A DNA stretch of 64,000 nt from Trichosphaerium sp. ATCC 40318 (Eukaryota > Protista > Tubulinea): contig JALMLS010000242.1 of assembly GCA_038496445.1 (NCBI GenBank), forward strand, positions 35,090 through 99,089, given 5' to 3'. The translations under genes were made by a program, and so were the position numbers. The notes under the pieces are model-generated. The model ran no database searches and was not told the DNA's origin. It saw only the letters and a program-made list of their open reading frames with translations. Below, piece by piece: positions 37,825-50,270 of this stretch; position 1 is the first letter of the stretch, and the number at the start of each line of letters is the position of its first letter.

Positions 37825-40059
37825 ATGGACAAATCCACAATACTGTTGATGAAATACCTATCTACAGCGCAGCTTAAATTAGTAGCAACCGAGCAAGATA
37901 TCCCACATGATAACAGTTCTTCCGCTGATCAATTGGCACAGTCCATAGTTGAAACAGGTACGAGCTCTCACATGTGAACGATAAGGTATCTTACGATTAT
38001 TGTTAACCAGCTGATAGCCGATCGCTGTTCAGCAGACGAACTAAGCGCCTTAAGAGATCTCATTGTCCTTGCATCGGAACAAAACAATACCAAGAAGAGA
38101 AAACGTGACGACAGACAAATCTTTACAAATGAAATACCAGCCAGGCAGCCAGGCAAACGTATTAAAGAGCCTGAAAATAAATATTGCAAAGTGTACCAAG
38201 GACTAGAGCATCAATTTAGACACATGTCTTTAAGCGAAAAACTGAATATGGGTAAGGTTTTACCTTACCAATCACCGCGCTGACATTGCGATAGATATGA
38301 AGAAAACTGCACATCTGTACATTAATGAAGGCTCCAATAAAGATGCAACAAAAAACTACTTTGAAACCATCAAACTAAATGGTATGAACTATATACGTGT
38401 CACGTGTTTACAAGTCTAACATTGATGTAGGAATAATGGGACACTATAAAGATCAACACGTAGGATTTGCGAACAAGCTAAACGTCATTCAGAAATCTCT
38501 CTCCTCAGTAACTGATCAGTCTTGCTACGAGATTAGCGAAACTCTTAGTGTCAGCATTCCCGATCACAAAAAGTTTTCAAGCCCTGATATTGCGGTACTT
38601 CCAAAAGTGCCTAAAGGTGCCAAAGCTGGAGATGATGGCCATGTAACAAAGTACCATCACGTGTTGTGTTGGAAGATTCTTGAAGATGATAGTACGTGAA
38701 CACTTTTGTGAAATATTGTTTACTTACTGATTTGTTTAGAAGAAGGCTTCACAGAAGATGAAGAAGGGAGAGTTTGGAAGGAGATGCACGAAATTATGCA
38801 AGCTCAACCTCATCGTAGTATGGTGTTTGGTATTCTGATGAATTGGAAGATAATCAAGTTTTTCCAAATGAGCATTTCGCCTAATTTTTCTAAACCCAAA
38901 TACGTATATTGTGCGTCTGGTTTCTTGCATCTGTTCAAAGCATCCGTTTTAGCACGTACCACCAAAACCGATAAAAAAGTAGAAAAAAAAAATCGCGGTG
39001 GTATTTTTTCAAGGCTCTATGAGTATATTATTGGTCCTGATGCTGCTACTAATGAGGGTTTAAGGCATTTATTCACATTACTAACTTCTACCCCGGTGGA
39101 TCTCGGATACAAGCCAAAAAAGTGCATCATTGGAGGGAACCAAATTATTCCAAGAAAAGTACTTGGTGTTGGATGCAATGCAACTGTTTACAAGGTGTAT
39201 TGCCAGATGCAGGGTGGTAATAAAGAGGCCCAATTCTATGCTTATAAACTATATGATACTTCCAATATTAATATTAAGAGCGAAGCAAACATTCTGAACA
39301 ACCTAGAATCGGTACCTGGAGTTCCCTCATATGTGCGTACTACCTTCGTTTTTTATACATAATTTCTCATTTTCGGTTTAGTATAAGCTTGAAGATCTTG
39401 GTATTACAATGGAATATCTCCTGAAACCAGAACAAAGTGGTCTCGACTTAACAAAAGCCTTAGACCTTATTGAAACTCTGGCAAGAGTACATAAAAGCGG
39501 TGTTGTGCACAGGTACAAAATTTGTAAATGTTTGTTTTGCAAAAGGTGCTAAGTGTATTGTAGAAACATAACCGACACAGCTATCATGACGAAGTGTTCT
39601 CAAACTGAGCCACGTTTTATGTTAAACAGTTGGGGTAATGCTACAACCACAAGCTGCCCTATGGAAATACGTGAGGGATGGAAGTTTACACCGCACTTGT
39701 ATACCCGTACAACCGAAATTTCTTCCACTCATGTATACACCGTACAAGACGATTTGCATGCGTTTATAAACGTCATTGCATACATGAGGATGGACGAGGG
39801 AACAAGGACAAAAATTGACACTGCCTACAACGACTGGGTATACTTAGATACCTACACCAATTTGAATAAGCTGCAGAACTTATGGGATCCGATTATACGT
39901 AGCTGGCTAGACTGCCATCAAGCTGCTGAAGCACGTGATTATGGACAAGTAAAATTTCTAATGCTTGCACGGATGGTACCAATGTGCCAGCTCACAAATA
40001 TGTTTGGGCTCACTGCACAACAACGCACATATCTTGAGCTGTATACGCCAAAACACTAG
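37825..40059 (+). CDS. Crinkler/FunK1-like protein E: helical repeat - REase-like - pseudokinase
   Basis: SPDIAVLP..YHHVLCWKILE, AQPHRSMVFGILMN, LGVGCNATVY, YAYK, HR|NITDTA, NSWG; closest to module 2 of the fused gene; divergently oriented to D. Confidence 0.8.
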
Positions 40060-40285
40060 AACCCTGTTCAAAATAAAAAGCAATATTGCCCTTACTAGCC
40101 GTTTATTTACAACCACGGAGCATATTGCTATCTTTTCTTTACAGTCGCTAGTGATGGTTGGTGTCCTTGCATTGTAACGTACAGGGTATACGCCATAAAT
40201 GGCTAACTTCAAGGTCTACCTTAGCATAACAGTTCCTCCAAGGAACGAACTTGTTAAGCAACATAGTAAAACAAACAACTTCTTA

Positions 40286-42341
40286 ATGACAACCGAAGCA
40301 AGTCAACTTGAAAGTTTACCTCCAAACGGTCCCAATACTCCACCACTAATCAAGGAATGGTATGACTTCTTTGATCGCGTTACACCTTGGGGTAGATCAC
40401 TGGTATCATTATTTCCTCTATTAGTCCTGTTGTTACGCTTTGGACTCATATACGCACCTTATATAACGTCTGATGGGCCTATATACACAAGTGAATGGTT
40501 ATTTCTTAGTTACACCACTTTTATCCCCTTTGTAGTTTGTTGTACGGTAATTCAATGGTATACACGACCACGTGTCAAATTTTATTTTATAGTTGAATTA
40601 AATTCACGTTATTTAGGCTGTTGATAAACTCTAAAGAGAAATTTAATGCTGTGGTGGCGCTACTGGTTGGTATAGGTAAACATAAAATTTCTTTGGTTTT
40701 TTTTTTTTTTTTTGCTTTTTTGACAGCACGCACGTGTTTTTTTTTGGAGTTTTATTGAAACTGTTATTTCCAGAAAAATATATCAGGATGGTTTACGGCA
40801 CAATATTATTCTATTATTGCTTCCAAGTGACTAGCTTCTATTTTTATTACTATTTTGGGTATGAGAATCAAAAAGAAGATGCAGACAGTACTACGACGGT
40901 ACCTTTTTTTTGGAGAACCTTAAAAGCCTAACTAACATCATGTAGCTTCTATGGTATAGTTACGTCAATTTAATCTTAGGCGGATTTGTTTATCGAGTAA
41001 GTGGGAATCACAATTTCAGTTTTCTGACGATTACAATTATTGATACTTTTGTTGCTCTAAGTGTAATCATATTTACTATCGCTCTGATCGGTATACTCTC
41101 TTCAATATACTTCCTAACTTGTGCGGTGACATACCTGTGTTTATTTTGTTTATGGGACTCCGTCATCATGCTTTTTCTGCCGGTAAGCTACATGCAAAAA
41201 AAAGTTCAATTCTCCTAACATTATCACAGTCATTCCTTGGGTTCTTAGTGAATTGTACGTACATTTGTATAAATTTAGTAATAATATTTTTAGGCTAATC
41301 GCCCTAATGAAATGCTGTTCAGCTAATCCAGCACAGAATAAGGTTGTAATGCTTACCAATAATGTCATTTATACTCTGCGATATATTTGGTTTCTGAATA
41401 ACTTGGTTTTTGGAAAAGTCGAAATGCTCAGTGCTGTGCGACTCCTCACGTTTTTTTATTATTGTAATATTTACGACATATATTAGAAATACCCATTCGT
41501 AGCCAAAATATGGTATTTAAGCTTACCTTTGCTATCTATCAAGTGGTTTATTGGTAATCATTAATTTCTTATTTTTTTCTTATTTTTATGTTAACGATTT
41601 ATGTAATAGGCGGTGGTTATATTGTGCTGATAGCTCTTGCTATCTTTGGTTTTATAACTTATAGAGTACTTCTTTGCACGTTTAAACAACAACTGAAGGA
41701 TCTTTTCAAGTACCTTATAGCACTTGGAACCGAACTAAAGTACGAACAGCTCAACATACCGCTGTGTACGATACGTCAAGCTTGCTGATGTTGGTGTAGA
41801 GAATATAAATCAGAAACTGAAGCACAAAACAAAGACCCAAAAAGCCACCCATTCTATCCAAAGAATATAAATACAGAAGAAGATTTTGACGATAAGGGTG
41901 AAGCTGTTGAAGTTCTATCCGAGTAAAAACTTTTTTATTTTTGACCACCATGGATTTAACATGTAATTTAGTGATAACTCTGACTCTAAGACCAACAATG
42001 ACGTTGTACCAGACCATAAAAACGAAGATATCAATGTAAAGGAATCTGATAATCAAGTCGATACCTCTATGGGATCAACAAGGAACGACTCTGCGAAGGT
42101 ACAGATTTTTTTTCGGTTTTGTTGTTAAGGCTATTTTTAGGATTCACAACAACTCACGTGTAAAATATGCTATGACAAAACCGCTTGTATTTTGATAGAA
42201 CCTTGTTGCCATATGGCTCTATGTGAGGAATGTTTGAATAAGTATATAAACCACAATACAAGCGATCCAAATTCTAAAATATACAACTCTTGTCCTATTT
42301 GCAGAGGTCCAATTAAACAGACACGCAAAGTATTCTTGTAA
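40286..42341 (+). CDS. Multi-pass membrane protein with C-terminal RING-HC (C3HC4) E3 ligase domain
   Basis: Several hydrophobic exons; last exon CKICYDKTACILIEPCCHMALCEEC...CPICRGPIKQTRKVFL*. Confidence 0.8.
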
Positions 42342-42874
42342 ATGGTAATAAATAATATGTACCTTTCCCCCAAATCACAAATTGTAAATGATGGGTAACA
42401 AAACAATCTATTCATGCCAAATGAGTTTTTTTACTGTTTTAGTTTTATTCACCGTCTGTGTGGTAATCGCACAAGCCAGTTTTAAAAACACGTAGATACA
42501 ACTTTTTAAGGCAAGATGTACAGATTCCCGGTGTCCACAACTAGTACTACACAAGGCACTTAATAAGGTCTTGTTACAATACTAGCGTTTCAAGCTATTA
42601 CATTTATCGCCATAAGTGTTGTTGTTTATGTAGCTTGTCACAATCATAGCATTTAACAACTGGGTCACACTTGACACATAAGAACAAGTAGCACCCATAT
42701 CGCCTGGGTTATCTTATTAGAGCATTGTTTAGTGGACACATTCTTGGTATTATGGTCATGCTTGTTGAACTACGCTAGAACATAAATGCTCCTCAGTAGC
42801 ATAATCACGTTGTTGTAGAATCCGTTTGACTATCCAATATCACGTTGAAGTATTTTTGGCTCAAAGACACTGCA

Positions 42875-43636
42875 ATGGCGTCAAAACGAAAGGTAGTTCG
42901 CGTAAAGCCTATAAAACCACATGAAAACTAACCTGTGACAACCACATAGATTAATACCTCAGAGAAGAATGAATACGCGCTATTAAAGCTCCCTTTGGAG
43001 CTACAGCTCGATATCATCGATTTAGATGCAGAAGTATTCATAAAATGGCCTGTTTTATCCAAACACACCGCTCTTACTACAAGATTCAACAGCGTGTTTG
43101 AGAAACATGGTAAATGGAGGAAATACTATGGATATCAATTAGTTGTTCAACCTTCTTTCATTGAAGGAGAAGAAAAAGTGTGGACTGCAGAGAGTAAGAA
43201 TCAAATAGCCATGGAATGTTATTATGTCAATAACAAGAAAAATGGAGAAGCGAAATGTTGGTTCATTAATGGAAGGATAGAATCCACGTGTTTTTACTCA
43301 AATGATATAAAAGTTGGAGAAGAGAAAAGTTGGTATGTGAGTGGTGTCTTAAGAAGTAGTATTTGTTATAGCGACAAGTGTACAGAAGAACAAGAAGGTG
43401 ATGTAATATATTGGCATGATAATGGTCAAATGTCTAGCAAGTGTTGTTACGTTAAAAACAAAAAGAGTGGACTAGAAAAGACATGGTTTAGGAATGGACA
43501 ATTAAAGAGACAATGCACTTATGTCATGACTAAAGAAAATTACTTTGCACAAAAAGATGGAGAGGAAATATGTTGGTACGAAGATGGTCAAATAAGGAGT
43601 AGATGTTTTTTTGTTAAAGGACATGTTAAAAGGTGA
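42875..43636 (+). CDS. F-box-like + MORN-variant (MORN_2) repeat protein
   Basis: Exon MASKRK splices in phase 0 to INTSEKNEYALLKLPLELQLDII; repeats KxGEEKxWYxNGQLxxxCxY. Confidence 0.75.
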
Positions 43637-43961
43637 GAACATTTTTACCAGAGGGTCTTACTTTTTCGGTAACAAACCGTGGTACTGAAAGCCACTTAAC
43701 CTCGACTTCTTAACTAATATGATTCAGTGTAATATGGTGCTGACAGCGGTGGACAAGCGCAAACTGTAGCAAAAACCAGCTCAATAAAATATTTTGTGTC
43801 ACTTTCGCTCAACTTGCAGAACTTTGTTTTTTAAAGTACAATAGTCAGGATGAAAAAAAACGTCCCCAGTGGCTTACAATGAAGCCAACAACTTTCATTT
43901 ACACCATAGCCAAAACAGAACCGGTTACGAATTGCCATAACCGGTTTACTTAAGCTCAAAT

Positions 43962-44307
43962 TAACGCCCTTCCGTTATGAATGAATAATTTGAATATTCA
44001 AATACAGCCTACATTCACAAATACTCACGACTAAAAAAATTCATTCATTATTCATGCACACAGTAAACGGTCGAAAATTGCGCAACTGGATTTGTGGGTT
44101 TTACTGTTCTGTTGACTATTCCGATTCGGTTTTCAAATGCAACTTGTTGAATCTATCCATTTGGAACATCGCTAGGCTACAAACCAAAAGCTCCTCAACA
44201 TCCTGACACACCAAACGCCCATGAATATTCATGAATGAATATTAATGAATATGGCTTACGGGACAATGAATATGAATATTGCTTGTATTCATAACGGAAG
44301 GGCGTTA
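43962..44307. mobile_element. Non-autonomous hAT-type MITE (346 bp)
   Basis: Perfect 21-bp TIR TAACGCCCTTCCGTTATGAAT (43962-43982 / 44287-44307); 8-bp TSD GCTCAAAT (43954-43961 and 44308-44315); subterminal ATGAAT/ATTCAT repeats. Confidence 0.92.
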
Positions 44308-44865
44308 GCTCAAATTAGACCATTACGGAGCTGTTGACAACTAACAATCACAGTGAAACTTACCAGTGATATCCTACGCCATGTAACTAATAGTGGAATA
44401 AACCAAGGATTCATTGGGTAAACGGTTTCGCAAGCGTATGTCCAGGACTAAAGGAATTAATGAAAAAAAATGGTGGAGAATGTGACGGAGCATTGTAACA
44501 AGGTCAGTAATACTACAATATTGCGTAGTACTTGCTAAAGCACATAGAATACATGTTTATGAAGTATCATGCGATCGAATCAGTACATGCAGTAAGATGA
44601 GTACAAAGTTTTATTTTAATTTTCCTTTTTGGTACAAAAACGTGGACAAAACTTTCAAAATTGTTTTGCTCGTCTCTGCTACCTAGCAATGTTTATAGTG
44701 GTTATTTAGTTAACAGGTTTATTTTTCATTCTTATTTACAATTCTATGTACATTAAAAATCGTTCTTACGAGAGTAAGCTATACATACAAGTCGAACTTC
44801 CTTCCTTTCTCGCGTTTCTAAACTTTTCTTGAGTTTTTTTTTTTTTCGTTTCATCTTGCTTTCTT

Positions 44866-45670
44866 TTACGCTGCAGAAGCTCGCTTTCGCTTATTGCATT
44901 TTTTATACATATGCAATGTAGCTCTCCTTCTCTTAGCAAGCTTACTCTTCATAACTTTTTGGTCAACGTCCAAGAACTCACAAAAGAAATCATACTTTAA
45001 CATTCTTACAATATCCCTGCTAGTATCTTCAAACAATTCAGCGTCACCATCTTGATAGTTTTCACCAATAATCTACAAAAGGAAACGCTAGAGTCAGCGC
45101 TAGTTTGATTATAAAACGAACAAATAAAACGGTTTATACCTGACGCTGTTCATAGCTTATATTCAAAGGCATGTCAGCAGTTTCTAGGTCTATCCACTCA
45201 TGAAATATCTTTGTTGCTAGAGCTCTTCGTTCCTCCGGAGTGCTTACAACTCTGTATAATTCTAGTACACAACTGTTAATGAACGGTAAACAAAAAAAGA
45301 TAGAGACACAGACTAACAAGGGTAATATCACGTGATAATATGTTAAAAAAACGTGCCTACAGCTGTGAGAAATGATAAATTCTCGTTGGCGTGTTTTGTG
45401 TAGAGAAAAAATCGAAACGCCGCAAAAAGAGAGAAATCTGTCCATATATCATCCCACGTGCTATCTTGATGTGGTTTCTTGCGAATCAGAGCTCTATTAT
45501 TTCACTGTTAGTGGATAGTTTCTTAACTTTTAAAATCACGTGATCAGTTTTTTTTTTAAAGCGTACTGACGAAGGGGCGTCTGTTTTTGCCTTTCTGCTC
45601 TAAATTCATCAAGTTCTATCAAATTCGCCAATAATGCTGTTCTTTTTCGCCTTCTCTTGAATATTTCTTT
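44866..45670 (-). CDS. RGS-domain protein; 5' end uncertain, may extend to ~46200
   Basis: Spliced WDDIWTDFSLFAAFRFFLYTKHANENLSFLTA|LELYR..LATKIFHEWID..PLNISYEQR|..LFEDTSRDIVRMLKYDFFCEFL matches the RGS consensus. Confidence 0.85.
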
Positions 45671-47402
45671 ATAAAAACTATTAGATAGCATGCTCTTTAT
45701 ACTACTCTAATATACTACGTACGTAAGAGCTTTATTTGTGTTCTCGCAGACATGTGGTTGTGCGTGTAAAAAAAAAAGTAAGACGAATATTTTGAATTCT
45801 TAATGCGTGTTCACAAAACAGTAAGTTTCTTCATGCGAAGAGCATCCCCACGTGAACAGGCGTAAGCGAATTCGAACGCTAAAGCAAAGATAGTACACTC
45901 AAGAGCTGCAGTTCTGTAGTATGGGTAAGTGCCACAGTGCAGTAAATTTTTTAATGACAACATATTGTCCCGCTTAGGTGAAGTACAGGCGTTATAAGAT
46001 ACACCGATAACACTCTGAAGAGGTATAAAAAATCACGTCTGATTATTTCGCTTGAATGTTACCTCAGAAGCGCGAAAGGTAAGAACTAGTGTATCTTTTC
46101 GATAGTGGTAGTTCTACTGCCAATACGCACAAACTAAGCTGACGAAAATTATTCTCTCCATCAAACGACACTGGGCGTAGCACTGTAGTCCTTATATGTT
46201 AACTGCGCGTGCCAGGTATGTTTGTTTTTACCTCATTTTATTATCTTACAAAACATCATTAAAAAATACGAAAAAGCACGTGATCAAGCATATAAAGGAC
46301 ACTTTCTATTTGTAGCAATTTATTTTGAAAAAAAATAAAATGTTTAGTTATACTTTGGCCTATTAATGACAATTCAGAACTTCTCGTATGCGTGACAAAC
46401 AAACACAAATCTCCGCTCTTGTACTTTGTTATAACTACACGTAGAATTAAAAACATAGAAGATATACTATGCGTCGGAACGCCAAGCACAAGGTGCTGAA
46501 AAAGGTTCGTTTGTGTTTAAAAAAATTATGTTATTGGTGATAAATAGCGTTTGTCATTACCAACTGGCTCTATAATCTAGCATCCGTGACTACAAGATTC
46601 CGCTAAACTAATGGCGGAGGATTTAGTCCATTGTCACGACAATAAACAGGTGGTCAAGCTTTGATCGATTTTATTATTAATTGATTAAATTTTCGTTAAG
46701 AACTGCTCCAATTCACGCTGCCATAAAAATAAGAAATTTGTCATTGATCTGTCGAAGTTTTGTTGGTCATTTGCGTATTGGGCCATTTCGCTGTAAATAT
46801 TTGTTTATTAGCCTGGTGAGCACATGTATTTCTATCATGTCTTTTGACCCTTGGGCTTGGGAATGCTATAATTGATTTAAAACTGTTTGTTTGTTCCATA
46901 AACTGTTAAAAGGGTGTCTGGGAGGTTTAGTACCTTCTCCATTGTCCAATACAGGCTACCAATAAGATAAACGTGATAATCTGTGATTGGTTTAACTGCC
47001 AGCTGGCGACTTAAAACACAAGAAAAAAATAAGAACAGCAAGTCACTTTTTTCGCACCTTTCCAGTATTGTCGCAATTATACGATCAGTTCTCTAAACGA
47101 TGCACGTATTGTTATTTGAGTTTACAGGTTCAGTGTAAACCACAAATCACTGCAAAAGGCAAGGACAGGAAGAGTTGAACCTGGTGTTTTTAACTACAAG
47201 TTAGAATATGTAAGTACAAACTGTTAAATCCAGACTTTTACACCACTTGGGAAAATGGGACACACCTGAGGTAGCATTGGTTGTGTAATAACACATCTAA
47301 AGACATGTGTCCCGCTTCGGATTTTAAGATACGTCTTCTCAAAACTCTTTTAAGTTCAGTTGTTGTTAAATTTTTTTTGAAGGCACGCGCAGTACCACGC
47401 AC

Positions 47403-49998
47403 ATGTTATCTACAGCAGCAGTACATGTTCCAATAAACCACCGCACAAGTAGAGTGTCACCAAGACATCAAAAACGCTATAGTCCAACACAAACATCCAC
47501 TGACGCTCTAGAAAGAGTTAATGCATGGTCTTCTACGACTGAACCTCGCTTGGCTGAATTATGTAAGTGGAAAAACTTGTCTAACTATTTGTTATGCCAC
47601 AACTTTTAAACGAAATTAGGGCCTGAGAGAGCACCAAAAGATCATGTCATAACTAAAAAGTTAGATAATCCAGCCAAACTTTATAGAGGTGCGTCTTTTT
47701 GCGAACACGTGAACTCACAAAAACGAATAAACTCACCTCAAAAAATGCTTGTTTTAACTTTGACTGGCCATGCTTGTACAGTGGATTAGTTCAAACACTC
47801 TCTTGATTCTGTTCGTGAAGTGATTTGTTCTGTAACTCACTTTAGGCTTTCTTAAGCTGACATCAGCGCCTGAATACTATAACAGAGACTTCGCTGAGAG
47901 ATCCATATTCCGTTATAAACGGTAAGTTTGTATTCTTTAACTCATGTTATCTCAGTTGTATGTCCGTATCACATTTTGGGTATCAGGAAATCCGCATACT
48001 CATTTTATCAATTGATAATTCTTCTTTATTACACTCTTGTCCGCTTGTTTCTTCTATTGCTCAACCTATTAAAACCATGGATCTAATTTGGAATTAACAG
48101 GTTTTTGACTCTTGCCAAACAGCTTTCTGACTCAGGAAGGAACTCAACCGAGCTTGTACCAACACATGATATATCTCTGGCATGGGCTGTACATATGCAA
48201 TCACCTCAACAATACGAAAATGATACAAACGTAAGTACAAGGTACAAATTTGTTTTTTTAATTTCGTTTTTTAGGGTGCATTTGGTGAGCACTTAGGAAA
48301 CTGGTACTACCATCAAAACTTAGCTTTGTTGGAGTACAAGAATAAAAACGATAATACTCTAATCCAAAAAGCACGGAAACACCTGAAAAGATGGAAAGAG
48401 CGATGTGAGAACACAGCAGTTCTTTGGGTAAACTTTTTTTGATTTTTCCTTCATTCACTTCGCTTCTTGAACTATTCTTCACTGCCGCATGTCGGTGTTT
48501 TCTATTACAAATTATCACGAGATAAGCCTAAAAAACTCAAGAAAACATTAGCTATCGGCAGTTACAACATATGCAACAAAAAACAATTTACTCAAAAAAC
48601 TCTTGTTTCGATTTGAAGTTTGGGTTTGTTTCAGAGTCCATTTCAACATTGTTGACATCTTTCTTAGCAAGAAACGTTTGATGAAGAATACATTGTTAAA
48701 GAAAAGACAAAGACAACATTCGAGAAATTAATTGATAAGTTTAAACGTGTTCAATCAGAATGTCCGAAAATAGATGATCAATTCAAACATTTCGATTTAC
48801 TTCCACTATTTGGTGAGTCACATCACGTGTTGTATTCTCAACAACTGTTTAATTATTACCTAGTAAACCATCAAAGGTTTGGAAAGAGAATTCTTAAACT
48901 CGGGACTCTAAATGACGCTTACTTTGCTCAAGCAAGCGAAGAGTACAATAAATTCCACGCTATCATGCAAGAAAAGAAACTGTCAGATTACCTTATCAAA
49001 GGTAGTATTTGTGTACCAACGTTGCAAATAGACTTGGCGTGGCACGCCCATATGTTAAGGTACACTAAAAAGGAGGAAAACGTAGAATAAGGGTAAAACA
49101 CGTGGCCGAATTCAACTTTTTTCTTTCCACTTTTTCTTTTGTTTTAGAGGTCTTCTCATCCTCTGCTATGTTTATTCTTTGGGTTAACGCCCTTTATGTA
49201 AGCCCTAATGACTATATTGACGATTGTATGGACATACACGGTTATTTGATTCATCACAATACACAACTTGATGATTCTCTGTTAAAACAAAGCCTTTTAA
49301 ATACAGCATCTGAGTATGAATCCAAATACGGGCGTCCTTATATCAAGAGAGAATTAAATAGTAAAGGTGGCAAAAGTTACAGCGGTTGCGCTTCTGGTGA
49401 TTTAGGAAGTGAAGGATTTCATCAAGTACGCAACTTGTTTTTACTACGAAAAATTTCAGCACAACAATTTGAAGCACAGAAATCGTTTGTAGTGCAGCGT
49501 GTTTACACTTCATCTTTTTTTGGGTCAATAGCATATTGCAGTAAAGCGTAATACAACTAAATCAAAAGCTATTTGTTCTTGTGGTAAAACACCACGTGAT
49601 TATCCGCACGTTTATTTTTGTGTTCAAAACAATTGTACAAACTTGATTTTCAACTTTAGTTTTGTCATTATTAAAACTTGTTTTGATACGTCCCCACAAG
49701 TGTTAACACGCTTCGTCTTGTAACCTTTTTTAAAGGGTCTATTCCATAGTACTGGCAATCCATCTGATCTTCCTACTGCAATGCTTAATGAATGTGATGA
49801 AGTTGTTGGTATTGATCATCAGGAAGAACCAGACTGGTTTGATAGAGCATATGACATGGGTGAATATTTGTTGTAAGTATCATTGCATTAGCTTAAAACG
49901 GTAAACTTCCTTTGTTTAGTTTTGGAAACGATGTTGGTGAGAGGGGGAGTATTGATGAAGATATATTTGCCTTCCCTAGTGACAGGGGTAGTAAGTAG
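47403..49998 (+). CDS. DUF1399 / glycine-rich-domain-protein (GRDP)-like, two DUF1399-type repeats
   Basis: SIFRYKR|FL..LVPTHDISLAWAVHMQSPQQY and EEYNKF..CVPTLQIDLAWHAHML|SPNDY..GYLIHH..YESKYGRPY. Confidence 0.8.
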
Positions 49999-50270
49999 CA
50001 GCGGTGGTCGGAGGATAGACTTAACATGTAATTCAATAAGCTTGCGTAACACTTATTAAAATGTAACAATCTACTTTTTCCTTTTTGAAAAAGTGTATGC
50101 TTACCGTGTCATACACATTTCTCTTCACCAATGGTTATGTCACAATTTTAGCTATCAGCATCATGTTTGCAACTATATGAAAATTTTATTTACACTTGTT
50201 TGTTGTACAATGATGAGTGTTGAGGTAGCATCCTCGGTGATGTTCGCAGTTTTTTTGAACAGATGTTTGA

